Shown: positions 39,220-49,116 of the stretch, piece after piece
How the letters are laid out: every line of letters begins with the position of its first letter
Numbering within the stretch: position 1 is the first letter of the stretch
NCBI GenBank assembly: GCA_035491955.1
Contig: DATJJU010000001.1
Location: 393-64,392, forward strand
Direction: 5' to 3'
Length of the DNA stretch: 64,000 nucleotides
Origin: Minisyncoccota bacterium
Lineage (GTDB): Bacteria; Patescibacteriota; Minisyncoccia; Phycocordibacterales; UBA9973
Notes under the pieces: model-generated
The model's input: the letters and a program-made list of their open reading frames with translations, nothing else
Databases searched by the model: none
Told to the model about the DNA's origin: nothing
Translations under genes and position numbers: made by a program

Positions 39220-39378
39220 TTATTTCTTTGATTCCTTGAAGATCACAACCTTGCGAAGCTTCTTGCTGTATTTCTTCATTTCGAATTTCTTATCAGCAAG
39301 CTTCTTCTTGTTCTTAGGAGTCACATAGCTTTCGCCTGTTTCCTTATTGACCATTCGGGCTAGTTTTTCGTATGCCAT
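39220..39378 (-). CDS. rpmG: 50S ribosomal protein L33 (Cys-free; not in ORF track)
   Basis: MAYEKLARMVNKETGESYVTPKNKKKLADKKFEMKKYSKKLRKVVIFKESKK. Confidence 0.85.
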   Translation of the reverse strand: MAYEKLARMVNKETGESYVTPKNKKKLADKKFEMKKYSKKLRKVVIFKESKK

Positions 39379-39490
39379 AGTGGCAAAACTATAGCACACG
39401 AGCTATTTTTGGGCAATATAGCTCACGGGTTTGACTTTTTTACCTTATATAGTTGTGTTTTTTGATCAATGTGTGATATACAGAAGGTCT

Positions 39491-40012
39491 ATGACTGCCG
39501 TGAAGAAAAAGAAACAACCTACATGGCTTGAAGCAAATGCTGAACGCGCAACGCGTTGGCTTGGCTCTACCTCATCACTTATTTTTCATACCTGCCTCTT
39601 TGTTCTAGCAGGTATTCTTCCCTTTCTCGGTATTGATTTCAGTCTCATACTTCTTGTTTTAACTACGGCGGTATCGCTGGAGGCAATTTACATGAACATC
39701 TTCATTCAGATGGCAGTAAATAAGAACACTGCTGACATTGAGGAGATTCAAGGTGATGTCGACGAGATTCAGGAGGATATTGAAGAGATCGGCGAAGATG
39801 TTGATGAAATTCAAAAAGATGTTGATGAAATCCAGGAAGACGTGGACGAAATTCAAAAGGATGTCGACGAGATTCAGGAGGATATTGAAGAAGACCAGCA
39901 AGAAGAAAAAAAAGAAGAAATGCAACAACAAAAAGAAATGGAGGCTCTCAGCTCTATCCAAACCATACTGACAAATCTTCATAAGGAAATCGAACAACTT
40001 AAGAAGAAATAA
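39491..40012 (+). CDS. DUF1003-like membrane protein with acidic heptad repeats
   Basis: WLGS...LTTAVSLEAIYMNIFIQMAVN, then (DVDEIQE/K)n. Confidence 0.75.
   Translation: MTAVKKKKQPTWLEANAERATRWLGSTSSLIFHTCLFVLAGILPFLGIDFSLILLVLTTAVSLEAIYMNIFIQMAVNKNTADIEEIQGDVDEIQEDIEEIGEDVDEIQKDVDEIQEDVDEIQKDVDEIQEDIEEDQQEEKKEEMQQQKEMEALSSIQTILTNLHKEIEQLKKK
39734..39895 (+). repeat. Degenerate 21-nt coding tandem repeat
   Basis: About 7-8 units; 32-nt exact duplicate at 39755-39786 and 39860-39891. Confidence 0.85.
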
Positions 40013-40076
40013 AAAAATCTCCACAATTGTAATTGTGGAGATTTATGATTTGTAGCAAGTGATTATAAATCGTAAT

Positions 40077-40379
40077 TTATAACAAGCCAATAAAGAACGG
40101 TACCCAGACAATGAAACCTAAGGCAAAAGATGCTATCTGGAAATTTTCAATCTTTTTTCTTTGTATAACCGATACCAATAGAGGCAATGTCATGGCTACA
40201 AAGCCGGCATATATTGTAAAAATCATTACTGTCGGTGTTCCAATGTTTACTGTGAAAAAGAAAGATATCATCAACAATATATTAGTTGCTGAGATCCAAT
40301 CAATTACAGTAAAGTTTTGCAACATTGAGAAAAAGAATTTTACATTTCCTTGGTCGGTCACTAAGTTAGTTGTTTTCAT
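40077..40379 (-). CDS. Membrane protein, accessory module
   Basis: Hydrophobic 100 aa; TTGACT-N17-TATAAT. Confidence 0.65.
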   Translation of the reverse strand: MKTTNLVTDQGNVKFFFSMLQNFTVIDWISATNILLMISFFFTVNIGTPTVMIFTIYAGFVAMTLPLLVSVIQRKKIENFQIASFALGFIVWVPFFIGLL

Positions 40380-40454
40380 TTAACGGAGTTTTATTTAGTT
40401 TTCAATTCATTGTTTTCCGATACTATTATAGCAGATTTATTGTTAAAAGTCAAG

Positions 40455-40477
40455 CTCCATAGGTCCGACCTATGGAG
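40455..40477. repeat. REP-like palindrome (AGGTCCRACCT core)
   Basis: CTCCATAGGTCCGACCTATGGAG. Confidence 0.75.
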
Positions 40478-41041
40478 TTAAGCAATAGATATAGAGCCTT
40501 GTCTAATAACGGTAATTTCACCATTAGATATACGAACAATGGTTGAAGGGAGGCCCTCTACCCTGCCTTCATCTTGATAGTAATCTATACCGTCACCGAA
40601 ATAGTTTTTTGCTTCTTCTACAGTAAAGGCTGGTGATAAGCCTTGCGGGTTGGCGCTTGGTGCTACAAGCGGGCCGGTTTGCCGAAGCAGTTCTTGCAAA
40701 GATTGTTTTGCAGGTAAACGAAATGCCAACTCATTTGTTCCACGATGGAGATATGAAAATTGTTCCTGGTATTCTGGAGAGATAGGCAATATAACTGTCA
40801 GTGGTCCTGGCCAGTACTTTTCTAAAAATGCTTTATTGTCATCGGTAAGCGTGGCACCAAATTGTGATACTGTTTCAATAGCTGGGATAAGAACGATAAA
40901 AGGTTTGTTTTCATCACGGCCTTTCACATCATAGATACGCTCTACAGTTTCCTTATTGAATGCATTACCGAGAATGCCGTAGAGAGTGTCGGTAGCGACA
41001 ATAGCAATATTGTTATTCTTTAAAACAGAAATAAGATCCAT
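40478..41041 (-). CDS. tsaC: Threonylcarbamoyl-AMP synthase (TsaC/YrdC)
   Basis: TDTLYG, KGR..KP, WPGPLT, APSAN. Confidence 0.92.
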   Translation of the reverse strand: MDLISVLKNNNIAIVATDTLYGILGNAFNKETVERIYDVKGRDENKPFIVLIPAIETVSQFGATLTDDNKAFLEKYWPGPLTVILPISPEYQEQFSYLHRGTNELAFRLPAKQSLQELLRQTGPLVAPSANPQGLSPAFTVEEAKNYFGDGIDYYQDEGRVEGLPSTIVRISNGEITVIRQGSISIA

Positions 41042-42153
41042 TAGATTTTAAATTCAATCACGTCACCATCTTTGACGATATATTCTTTGCCTTCAGTGCG
41101 GACTTGGCCTTTAGCGCGAGCTTCACCGTATGAACCGGCATCGAGGAGGTCTTTCCAAAAGACTACTTCAGCACGAATGAATTTATCCTTGAAGTCGGTA
41201 TGAATAGCAGTACCGGCGATAGGAGCAGTGCTTCCCTTTTTGATAGTCCAGGCACGAGTTTCATCCGCACCGGTTGTGAAGAATGTTTCAAGACCAAGCA
41301 ATTCATATGCTTTAGTTATGAGGTTTGTAATGCCGTCATCATCGCCTGCCAGCTCGCTGCGCATCATTTCTTTTTCTTCACCCTCGAAATCCTTCAGATC
41401 GTCTTCAATCTTGGCATCAAGCACCACATACTGGGCACCAGACGCAATAATAGTATCGGTGAGCTCTTTAAATTTTTCTGCATCAGTTTCATCGAGGTTG
41501 GCTGTGCCACTGCGCTTATTAAGACCATAGAGGAATTTCTTTGTTGTAAGCAAATTGAGCTGCTTTACCATTTTACTTTCTTCTTCAGTTAGATCATCAA
41601 CAGTATTGGCAAGTTTGCCTGCTTCAAGCGCTGCTTCTAGGCGACCGAGCGCTGCATCTTCTGCTACAGCAAGCTTGTCCCCACGCTTCACATCACGGGC
41701 TAGATTACTGCGACGTTTTGTGACAGTTTCAAAATCAGCCAAGATTAGCTCAAGATTGATAACAGAGATATCGCGAAGCGGATCAACGGTACCATATACG
41801 TGCGCGATTTCCGTTCCCCCTCCTACAATAGGAAAGAGTCGCACCATTTCCAAAATAGCATCGGTTTCCCGAATGTTAGCTAAGAATTTATTGCCCAAGC
41901 CTTCGCCTTTTGACGCGCCTTCTACCAAGCCGGCAATATCAACGAACTCTATCGCTCCCGGAATAGTTTTTGCGGACTGCGAAAAAGCGCTGAGCTTGCC
42001 CAAGCGTTCATCGGGCACGGCCACGATACCGACTGACGGATCAATAGTACAAAACGGATAGTTCTCCGCCGGCACCCCCTTCTTCGTCAATGCATTAAAT
42101 AGTGTAGATTTACCGACATTCGGCAATCCTACGATTCCTATACTTAGTCCCAT
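41041..42153 (-). CDS. ychF: Ribosome-binding ATPase YchF
   Basis: GLPNVGKST, NYPFCTI, DIAGLV, GEGLGNKFL. Confidence 0.97.
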   Translation of the reverse strand: MGLSIGIVGLPNVGKSTLFNALTKKGVPAENYPFCTIDPSVGIVAVPDERLGKLSAFSQSAKTIPGAIEFVDIAGLVEGASKGEGLGNKFLANIRETDAILEMVRLFPIVGGGTEIAHVYGTVDPLRDISVINLELILADFETVTKRRSNLARDVKRGDKLAVAEDAALGRLEAALEAGKLANTVDDLTEEESKMVKQLNLLTTKKFLYGLNKRSGTANLDETDAEKFKELTDTIIASGAQYVVLDAKIEDDLKDFEGEEKEMMRSELAGDDDGITNLITKAYELLGLETFFTTGADETRAWTIKKGSTAPIAGTAIHTDFKDKFIRAEVVFWKDLLDAGSYGEARAKGQVRTEGKEYIVKDGDVIEFKI

Positions 42154-42186
42154 AGGCCTCTATACTAGCAGAAATAAATAAAATCT

Positions 42187-42211
42187 AAAACAGCGACCAG
42201 GTCGCTGTTTT
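42187..42211. repeat. Palindrome with GCGACCAGGTCGC core, copy 1
   Basis: AAAACAGCGACCAGGTCGCTGTTTT. Confidence 0.7.
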
Positions 42212-42258
42212 ATTGACATAAAAAAATATAATGGTAATGTAATCTAAAACTTACAACC

Positions 42259-42522
42259 ATGGCAATAAAAGGAAACATTAATGATCCAATTTGGGTAAAA
42301 CTCACTGAGGACGGCAAAAGAATTCATAACGAGCACTATGCCAATATTTTGAAAAACAGTAAGGTTCAAATAGATTTAAAAAATTACGAACCAAAAATAG
42401 ACAGAAAAGGCCTTACTCGATACACATTATGGGAATGGGCTAGTATTTTTGGTCCGTCCCTGCACCACGGAATGATGGTTCAGCCATTCACAGACAACAT
42501 TGTTTATTATGATGAACCTTAG
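42259..42522 (+). CDS. Hypothetical (phage-like) protein, accessory module
   Basis: NIND.IWVKLT..G...LWEWASIFG; TTGACA-N16-TAATGT; terminator 42544-42580. Confidence 0.7.
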   Translation: MAIKGNINDPIWVKLTEDGKRIHNEHYANILKNSKVQIDLKNYEPKIDRKGLTRYTLWEWASIFGPSLHHGMMVQPFTDNIVYYDEP

Positions 42523-42587
42523 AGAATTTAAATAAACTCAACAAAAAGCGCACCATCTGATTTCAGACGGCGCTTTTTCTTTTTGTA

Positions 42588-42896
42588 TTACTTCCCGGAC
42601 ATCATGAGCTGCATGAGTGGTGCGAGTTCGTTGCGGTATTTAGCGATTTCGGACTTGTACTTGCCCATGACTTGGACAGCGGCGTATTGCTCAGGCATGC
42701 CGGCCTTTTTCTTTTCTTCAATCTCGCTCTGAATTTTCTCAAGCAATGCTTTGAGCTCCTTATTGTCTTCCATAGACTTCAAGGTCTTTGCCATTTCTGG
42801 ATTTTCTTCAAGCGTCTTGGCGATCTTCTCAGCCTGGTCCTTGTCTACCCCCTTCATTTGAAGGGTCTTTTTCATTAAAAATGATTTAAATCCCAT
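42588..42896 (-). CDS. Conserved hypothetical helical protein
   Basis: Start reset to MGFKSFLMKK; NPE..KIQ.EI..K pattern. Confidence 0.75.
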   Translation of the reverse strand: MGFKSFLMKKTLQMKGVDKDQAEKIAKTLEENPEMAKTLKSMEDNKELKALLEKIQSEIEEKKKAGMPEQYAAVQVMGKYKSEIAKYRNELAPLMQLMMSGK

Positions 42897-42934
42897 ATCC
42901 CTGCATGCTATCATATTTACAGCGTGACCACCAC

Positions 42935-42953
42935 TTGGCGACCAGGTCGCCAA
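42935..42953. repeat. Palindrome with GCGACCAGGTCGC core, copy 2
   Basis: TTGGCGACCAGGTCGCCAA. Confidence 0.7.
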
Positions 42954-42957
42954 ATTT

Positions 42958-43533
42958 ATGAAAACTTTAGAAGAAATAAATACACATTGGAAAGAACACT
43001 GCACCTGCGACCTGAAAGCTACAGCGACACAGGCGGTGCCAGGCGACGGCAATCCTCACGCAGAAGTAGTATTCATCGGCGAAGCGCCGGGCAAGAACGA
43101 GGATATTGAAGGCCGTCCGTTCATAGGTGCTGCTGGCAAGTTCTTAGCGGAAATGCTTGAGAGTATTAAAATGAAGCGCGAAGATATCTATATCACCAAC
43201 GTGGTGAAATATCGCCCGCCCAACAATCGCGACCCCTTGCCTGAAGAAAAAGAAGCCTGCAAGTCCTGGCTTGATGAAGAGCTTCATGCTATTAAGCCAA
43301 AGCTCATTGTGTTCTTGGGACGGCATGCCATGGGCAACTTTTTTCCTACCGAAAAAATCTCTGCCGTTCACGGCAAACTACTGAAAAAGAAAATACCAGG
43401 CTTTCCTACCGAGTATTTTCTTCCACTCTATCACCCTGCTGCCGCTCTCTATAACGGCGGATTGCGTGAAGAGCTGATGTCTGATTTTCAAAAAATCCCT
43501 CTGGCTCTGACTAAGATTTCTTCGGCTTCTTAA
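42958..43533 (+). CDS. Uracil-DNA glycosylase, family 4
   Basis: GEAPG..ED..GRPF.G.AG, NVVKYRPP.NR, YHPAA. Confidence 0.93.
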   Translation: MKTLEEINTHWKEHCTCDLKATATQAVPGDGNPHAEVVFIGEAPGKNEDIEGRPFIGAAGKFLAEMLESIKMKREDIYITNVVKYRPPNNRDPLPEEKEACKSWLDEELHAIKPKLIVFLGRHAMGNFFPTEKISAVHGKLLKKKIPGFPTEYFLPLYHPAAALYNGGLREELMSDFQKIPLALTKISSAS

Positions 43534-44728
43534 GCATTGAGAAAAGATATCGAAGCGTGGTGATACTGAGGAAATAGTCAGCATCTACAGCAATACGCAT
43601 GAGCCACACTGCAAGACCTGTGAAGAAGAAGTTTTTATAATTAAGCACTGCCCAGCCCTTGCCGACAGGAATGACAAACACTCCCGGTTTTGGCTCGTAT
43701 GGCTCTACTGGCTGCTCATTGATACGCTTAGCGATAGCGCTGGCCACATATTTCCCTTGATCAATAGCGGTTTGTGCCAGACCACTATATGGCGTACCGG
43801 ATCCATCTCCTGCAATATAAATAGTGTCATCGTTTGGCAATGTCAGCGTTGGAGAAACCTCGACGCGCTTGCGGTCGGTCATGACAACATTAGGAATGGT
43901 GCTGAAGCCTGCATTTATTTTTGTACCAGCGGTCCAGACAATAGTACCCGCAGAAAATTCTTTTATTTCTTCTTTGTCACCCTTTTTCTCTACTGCGGTA
44001 ATACCGCTATCAGTGCATGCCTTCACACCATGATTAGGATAAAACTTCACGCCTTTTTTCTTCAAATGTTTCTCTACTCGAGCAGACGCTTTTGCAGGAA
44101 TAGCAGGAAGAACGCGAGGAGATGAATCCAGCACGTCTATCGTGACATGCGCTGGATTCACTCCTTCTTTCTTTGCCATAGATTTCAAAAAGTCCGGCAA
44201 TGCGCCAGCAAGCTCGATACCGGAAGGGCCAGCACCAACAACAATAGTGTGCAAAAGCTTCTTTGATTCCTCAGCAGAAAGCGTCTTAGCCTTTTTAATG
44301 CTTTCCATGAAGTGTTCTTTCAAAGACAATGCTTTTTCGATAGAAAGGAAATCTCGAGCCTTCTCCTGTATGCCTTCAATGCCGAAATAGTTTGGCTCAC
44401 TGCCAAGTGCGAGGACGAGGTAGTCGTATTTCACAGTCTTCCCGCTTTTCAAAGTAATAGTATGGGTGCCTTCACCAAGACCTGTATAGGTGTCCTCTAT
44501 CAATCGTACGCCATGTGGTACAGCATGAACCAAAGGAATAGAAACCTGATTGATATTTGCTCCGACTACCAAACGGTAAAGGCTTGGGTAGTATTGAAAG
44601 CGAGCATTGCTGGTGACTACCGTAACCACAACCGGTGCGTCTTTTTTTAAGAGATCATGAGCCACTTGCAGCCCTGCAAATCCGCCCCCTACTATCACCA
44701 CCTCGTACTGCTTTACTTCCTCATTCAT
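43511..44728 (-). CDS. Type II NADH dehydrogenase-like FAD oxidoreductase
   Basis: GGGFAG, YDYLVLALG, GAGPSGIELAG, WTAG. Confidence 0.88.
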   Translation of the reverse strand: MNEEVKQYEVVIVGGGFAGLQVAHDLLKKDAPVVVTVVTSNARFQYYPSLYRLVVGANINQVSIPLVHAVPHGVRLIEDTYTGLGEGTHTITLKSGKTVKYDYLVLALGSEPNYFGIEGIQEKARDFLSIEKALSLKEHFMESIKKAKTLSAEESKKLLHTIVVGAGPSGIELAGALPDFLKSMAKKEGVNPAHVTIDVLDSSPRVLPAIPAKASARVEKHLKKKGVKFYPNHGVKACTDSGITAVEKKGDKEEIKEFSAGTIVWTAGTKINAGFSTIPNVVMTDRKRVEVSPTLTLPNDDTIYIAGDGSGTPYSGLAQTAIDQGKYVASAIAKRINEQPVEPYEPKPGVFVIPVGKGWAVLNYKNFFFTGLAVWLMRIAVDADYFLSITTLRYLFSMLKKPKKS

Positions 44729-44784
44729 GGCAAAAGTATAACAAAAAATGCCTCAAAACCATACATTTGATGTATACTTGTAAG

Positions 44785-45321
44785 ATGCACGGTAATGAGT
44801 CGTCTAAGGACAAGGAACAGCACTTTTTTGACATGGTGGAAGCATATCAGGACGCTATTTTCCGTTTCATTTACTTCCGAGTAAACAACCGTGCGGTAGC
44901 CCTGGATATTACCCAAGATACCTTCACCAAGACCTGGCTGTACCTGGCCGGAGGCAAGACGATTGACTACCCCGAAGCCTTTCTTTACCGAACGGCTCGC
45001 AACGCAGTCATCGACTACTTCAAAAAATCAAAGTCAGCTTCTCTTGATACATTGATGGAAGCAGGGTTTGATCCCGGCTCAACGAAAACTGTCGACGATG
45101 TCTTTCGTGATGATGATATTGAAACGGTCCGAGCGCTTGTGGAGACCCTTGATGAAGAAAGTCAGCAAATTATCTTCATGCGCTACACGGAAGAAAAGCC
45201 TATCGAGCAAATCGCCGATATTTTTGGTACTACCATAAACGCTATGACTGTTCGCATTCATCGCATTGTCAAAAAATTGCGCAGCCGCTTTGACGAAAAA
45301 GAAAACAACAATGGACAATAA
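44785..45321 (+). CDS. ECF RNA polymerase sigma factor
   Basis: DITQDTFTKTW, FLYRTARNAVIDY, C-terminal HTH; start reset to MHGN. Confidence 0.9.
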   Translation: MHGNESSKDKEQHFFDMVEAYQDAIFRFIYFRVNNRAVALDITQDTFTKTWLYLAGGKTIDYPEAFLYRTARNAVIDYFKKSKSASLDTLMEAGFDPGSTKTVDDVFRDDDIETVRALVETLDEESQQIIFMRYTEEKPIEQIADIFGTTINAMTVRIHRIVKKLRSRFDEKENNNGQ

Positions 45322-46126
45322 TTTATCAAAACTTAAAGCGTATAAAAAGATCTCTCTCACCGAAGAAGAGCGCGGTTTGATGCGCGCGCATGCAGCCCGC
45401 ATTATCATGTCCACTCCAGTATTGGTGACACAGTCATTCTTCAAGCGCGGCGTACAGCACGGCCTTCGTATTGCACTCTCAAGCATGCTTTTCGTTGTTT
45501 TCATTTTTGGCTTTGTTGCTACAGCTGCAAATAACACATTACCGGGCGATCCATTATATGGATTCAAGCGCAATATAAATGAAAGAGTGGCAGCCGCTAT
45601 TGTTGGCACCAGCCCTGCAGCGCAGACTCCGTATTTAGCAAATCGCTTCATTGCTCGTTTCAATGAAGTCAAAACATTGGCTGACTCAAACTCACTCACT
45701 CCAGCAAATCAGGAAATTGCAGCAAAGGCTATTACCAGCCAGGCAGCAGATCTTTCTGCAAACCTTACTACACTGAGCGATCAGTCTCCTTCTAGCGCAT
45801 TAGCCGTCACTGCTACACTTGAACAAGCCTTGAAAGCAAATAAGATCGCATTAGAGAATGCTCCTGCTGCTACTCCTGCACAGGCAGACGGTAAAGCCGC
45901 TGCACTTAATACTGTGAATAGCGCCTTGCAAACAGTCTCAAACCAGCAAGTACAAATTCTTTCAAAAGAAATTGACGATATTAGCACTGCTGTATCAAAT
46001 GTCCCTACTACTGCCTCTGCAGATACAACTGTTTCAACAAGCGATAGTACGAGTCAAACTCCTGATAGCGGTGCTACCCAAACACCAAATGTCACTCCTG
46101 CAAAAGTTACTCCTCTCGCGCCTTAA
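45311..46126 (+). CDS. DUF5667-like putative anti-sigma membrane protein
   Basis: TM followed by LPGDPLYGFK..NE; overlaps the sigma stop. Confidence 0.7.
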   Translation: MDNNLSKLKAYKKISLTEEERGLMRAHAARIIMSTPVLVTQSFFKRGVQHGLRIALSSMLFVVFIFGFVATAANNTLPGDPLYGFKRNINERVAAAIVGTSPAAQTPYLANRFIARFNEVKTLADSNSLTPANQEIAAKAITSQAADLSANLTTLSDQSPSSALAVTATLEQALKANKIALENAPAATPAQADGKAAALNTVNSALQTVSNQQVQILSKEIDDISTAVSNVPTTASADTTVSTSDSTSQTPDSGATQTPNVTPAKVTPLAP

Positions 46127-47093
46127 AGCGTTGAAGGAGTAAGAACAAGGCCATACCGATGAGAATAACCGCTCCAAAGATGAAAATCTTGGCGTGGTTA
46201 TTTTCTTTTTGCCCCGGATCTATTTCAGATGTCTGTTCAGCAGGATCTTCAAGCAGAGCGGCTTCGTTATCATTTTGAGCAGAAGAAATAACAGGAGCAG
46301 ATTTTTTAACAGAAGTCTTTTTCGAAGGCTTTGGCTGATTAACAATTGCTGTAGGAACAGTGGAAATGATAAGAGAAGTGTTCGGAGCAGATTCCGCTTG
46401 CGGAATCTGCTCCGGCTTTTTATCTACCACAGGTCCAGCCTCGGGTTGGACCTGTGGAGTTTCAATAGTACTAGCCGTAGTAGGAACACTTTCCGAAGTT
46501 TGTATTACTGGAGTCTGAACAGCAGGAGTTTCAGTAACAGATACAGGTGTTTGCTCTGCAGTCCCGGTATCATCTGTTGTAGTGTTTTCAACAGGAGTCG
46601 GTGATGCATTCTGCGCATCAGGGGTACCAGGTGCAGTAATCCAGCTTGAGCCATTTAGCTGCATAGTATCTTTTGTTTTCGCGTCGCCCGCTGGCCATCC
46701 GCCCGCAAATGGCAAATTATCAATAATCTTTCCTGTTTTATCGACAAGGGTGAGATCTTCGCCAGTGTTGCGCAATCCTCCGCCACCAAATGTCCCTGAT
46801 TCACCAGCAACGCCAGGCACTGCGTCGGGAGCGCTGGCAGTAGTTCGCTCAACAAGCACATATCCTCCAGCAGAAATAGTCTTACTGAGAGTAAAAAGCA
46901 CAGTATTGCCTGTCTTGTACAACTTCCAGCCATCAAGCGATACGCTGTCAGTACCATCATTATGCAGTTCTATCCACTCGCTATATTGGCTTGAAGCAGT
47001 ACCCATCCAGGCTACTTCATTTATCTTTACATTCGCCAAAGCATACGCGGGCAAAAGGAGTACGCAGAGAAAAAGCGCAATAAAATATTTCAT
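46107..47093 (-). CDS. Lamin-tail-domain surface protein
   Basis: INEVAWMG..EWIEL.N, L.NTGE, TPGTP; P/T-rich stalk; C-terminal TM. Confidence 0.85.
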   Translation of the reverse strand: MKYFIALFLCVLLLPAYALANVKINEVAWMGTASSQYSEWIELHNDGTDSVSLDGWKLYKTGNTVLFTLSKTISAGGYVLVERTTASAPDAVPGVAGESGTFGGGGLRNTGEDLTLVDKTGKIIDNLPFAGGWPAGDAKTKDTMQLNGSSWITAPGTPDAQNASPTPVENTTTDDTGTAEQTPVSVTETPAVQTPVIQTSESVPTTASTIETPQVQPEAGPVVDKKPEQIPQAESAPNTSLIISTVPTAIVNQPKPSKKTSVKKSAPVISSAQNDNEAALLEDPAEQTSEIDPGQKENNHAKIFIFGAVILIGMALFLLLQRFKAREE

Positions 47094-47109
47094 ATTGTGT
47101 AGTAATTAT

Positions 47110-49005
47110 TTATTCCAAGACTTTACGTAATGTGTTGTAAGGGATTTCTGCAGACTGTGCTTCAATAGCAGTAGTAGGAGCTGGCGTGGGAGCGGGCTTT
47201 GCTTCTTGAGCTTTAATAGGTTCAGCTGGCTGAGACTGCACAGGAGCTTGCTCTGTCTTTGGGGCTACAGAACCAAGCGCGCCTTGTAGAGCCGCCTTAA
47301 GAAGATCGCGGTTTTTTTCTGTCGGGCCTCGCTCTGCTATTCTCACTGGAGGAATGGCCTCACGCAATGGCTTTTCTCCGCTAAACGGAGTATTTTCTTT
47401 TTGTTTTACTGCTGGTGCAGGGGCTGGCTTTTTTGAAGCATCAATTGATGAAAGGAGGTCATTGAGAGCAGGACTAATTGGTGTTTTTTGTTGTGCGGGA
47501 CGAGAAAGTTTTGATTTGCCGGCAGCAAGCTCTGGGGCTTGTACTTCAGGAAGTCCTGAAGAAAATGCCTTCTTGAAAGGATTATGGGTAGGACTTTTGA
47601 TCGGACGAGGCTGATCAGATGCCGGTCGCGGCGCAGGACGAAATCCCGGCTTTTGAGGGATACTGTTACCAGGCTGATATGATGTTCCAGAAGGCGCTTG
47701 CGCAGGGCCTTTGCCGTACCAATCAAAGATAGCTTTTTCCACCTGGTCTTTTTGGTGCGTAAATAAAGTACGAGAAGATTCAATAACATCATCTCTATAG
47801 CTTATTGATGGACGAGGCGTTGGCGGCAAGGTACGCGCCGAAAACGGCGAAGAGCCCATATCATTGATCAGAAGCGATAAATAAATTTGCGCCATGCCGA
47901 GATTGATAAGATCGTTTCCGCTAAATTGCGGCGCGAATACTTTTTCCAAAAGCTCTGCATCAAGCGGGCCGACACGGAAGCTAATACTAGTACCGACGTT
48001 GCCAAAGACGGCATCGCGAACAGATTCCTCCATTTGTGCTACATATTGATGAGCGATAACCAAAGCCAATTTATATTTTCGAGCTTCGGACAAAATATTG
48101 GCGAATGATTCATTGGCGAACGATTGGAATTCGTCGACGTAGAAATAGAAGTTTGGGAGCTCTGCCAAGCGTGCCGGTGTGGCATCAGCACGGCTCATAG
48201 CAGCCAAGTAGATCTTGGTAATAATCATACTTCCCATAAGCGCAGTGTTTTGTTCGCCAATGCGCCCCTTTGAAAGGTTCACGATCAAGATTTTCTGATT
48301 GTCCATCGCTTCGCGAATATCGAAGCTGGACTTTGGCTGACCAATGATATTTCGAACAAGCGGGTTAGCAGTCAATTGACCGATTTTATTTTGAATAGCG
48401 GCGCCAGCTTCTTGCATGTAGCGGTCACCGTATTTTGCAAACTCTTCCACCCAGAATGCCTTTACGCCAGGATCGGTAGTATTCGCCACAACCTTGTTGC
48501 GGAAATCCTTATCAGAAAGCATGCGGTTCACACCTAGAAGCGTGGCATCAGGATATTCCAAAAGAGCCAGAAGAATATTATTGAGAATATACTCCATACG
48601 AGCACTCCAGGCATCTACCCAGATCTTCTTGAAGGTGCTCATGAGGCCTGAGGCAACGAAGTGACGCTTGTCGGCACCAACGTCCTCTAAGACATTGAAA
48701 GAGATAGGGTTATCAATATCGAATGGCGCGAAGTAAATCACGTCTTTAATACGTTCCTGCGGCACATAGTCCAACATCTTTTCAGCAAAGCTGCCGTGAG
48801 GGTCTAGCACTGCAATGCCTTCACCGCGGACAATATCCTGAATAGCCATATTTTCAAGCAATGTAGATTTACCGACACCTGATTTACCGATGACATACAT
48901 ATGTCGAGTACGGTCGCGACTCTTAATGCCAAAGCGTGCGCGTTGGTTGCGATAGTCAGTCTCGGCGAAATACGTAATGTGTTCCGGATCGTACGGTACA
49001 GTCAT
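47110..49005 (-). CDS. TraG/VirB4/HerA-like P-loop ATPase (T4SS DNA-binding domain)
   Basis: HMYVIGKSGVGKS, DPHG, YVDEFQ, SEARKY; Pro-rich tail. Confidence 0.88.
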   Translation of the reverse strand: MTVPYDPEHITYFAETDYRNQRARFGIKSRDRTRHMYVIGKSGVGKSTLLENMAIQDIVRGEGIAVLDPHGSFAEKMLDYVPQERIKDVIYFAPFDIDNPISFNVLEDVGADKRHFVASGLMSTFKKIWVDAWSARMEYILNNILLALLEYPDATLLGVNRMLSDKDFRNKVVANTTDPGVKAFWVEEFAKYGDRYMQEAGAAIQNKIGQLTANPLVRNIIGQPKSSFDIREAMDNQKILIVNLSKGRIGEQNTALMGSMIITKIYLAAMSRADATPARLAELPNFYFYVDEFQSFANESFANILSEARKYKLALVIAHQYVAQMEESVRDAVFGNVGTSISFRVGPLDAELLEKVFAPQFSGNDLINLGMAQIYLSLLINDMGSSPFSARTLPPTPRPSISYRDDVIESSRTLFTHQKDQVEKAIFDWYGKGPAQAPSGTSYQPGNSIPQKPGFRPAPRPASDQPRPIKSPTHNPFKKAFSSGLPEVQAPELAAGKSKLSRPAQQKTPISPALNDLLSSIDASKKPAPAPAVKQKENTPFSGEKPLREAIPPVRIAERGPTEKNRDLLKAALQGALGSVAPKTEQAPVQSQPAEPIKAQEAKPAPTPAPTTAIEAQSAEIPYNTLRKVLE

Positions 49006-49116
49006 ACCCTAAGTATAGCAGACGGCGCTCTGGCCGTCATAGCATCATAACGTTTCCCTGCTCAATAAAACGGCAAGAAAAAATAAAAAGCTCTGCACAA
49101 TAGTGCAGAGCCCGCT

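Noticed and set aside
39734-39895. CRISPR or non-coding tandem repeat
   Set aside because: In-frame 21-nt coding repeat with synonymous variation and no spacers.
47110-49005. Conjugative element or ICE
   Set aside because: Lone TraG/VirB4-like ATPase of a type common in CPR chromosomes; no relaxase, integrase or other T4SS genes nearby.
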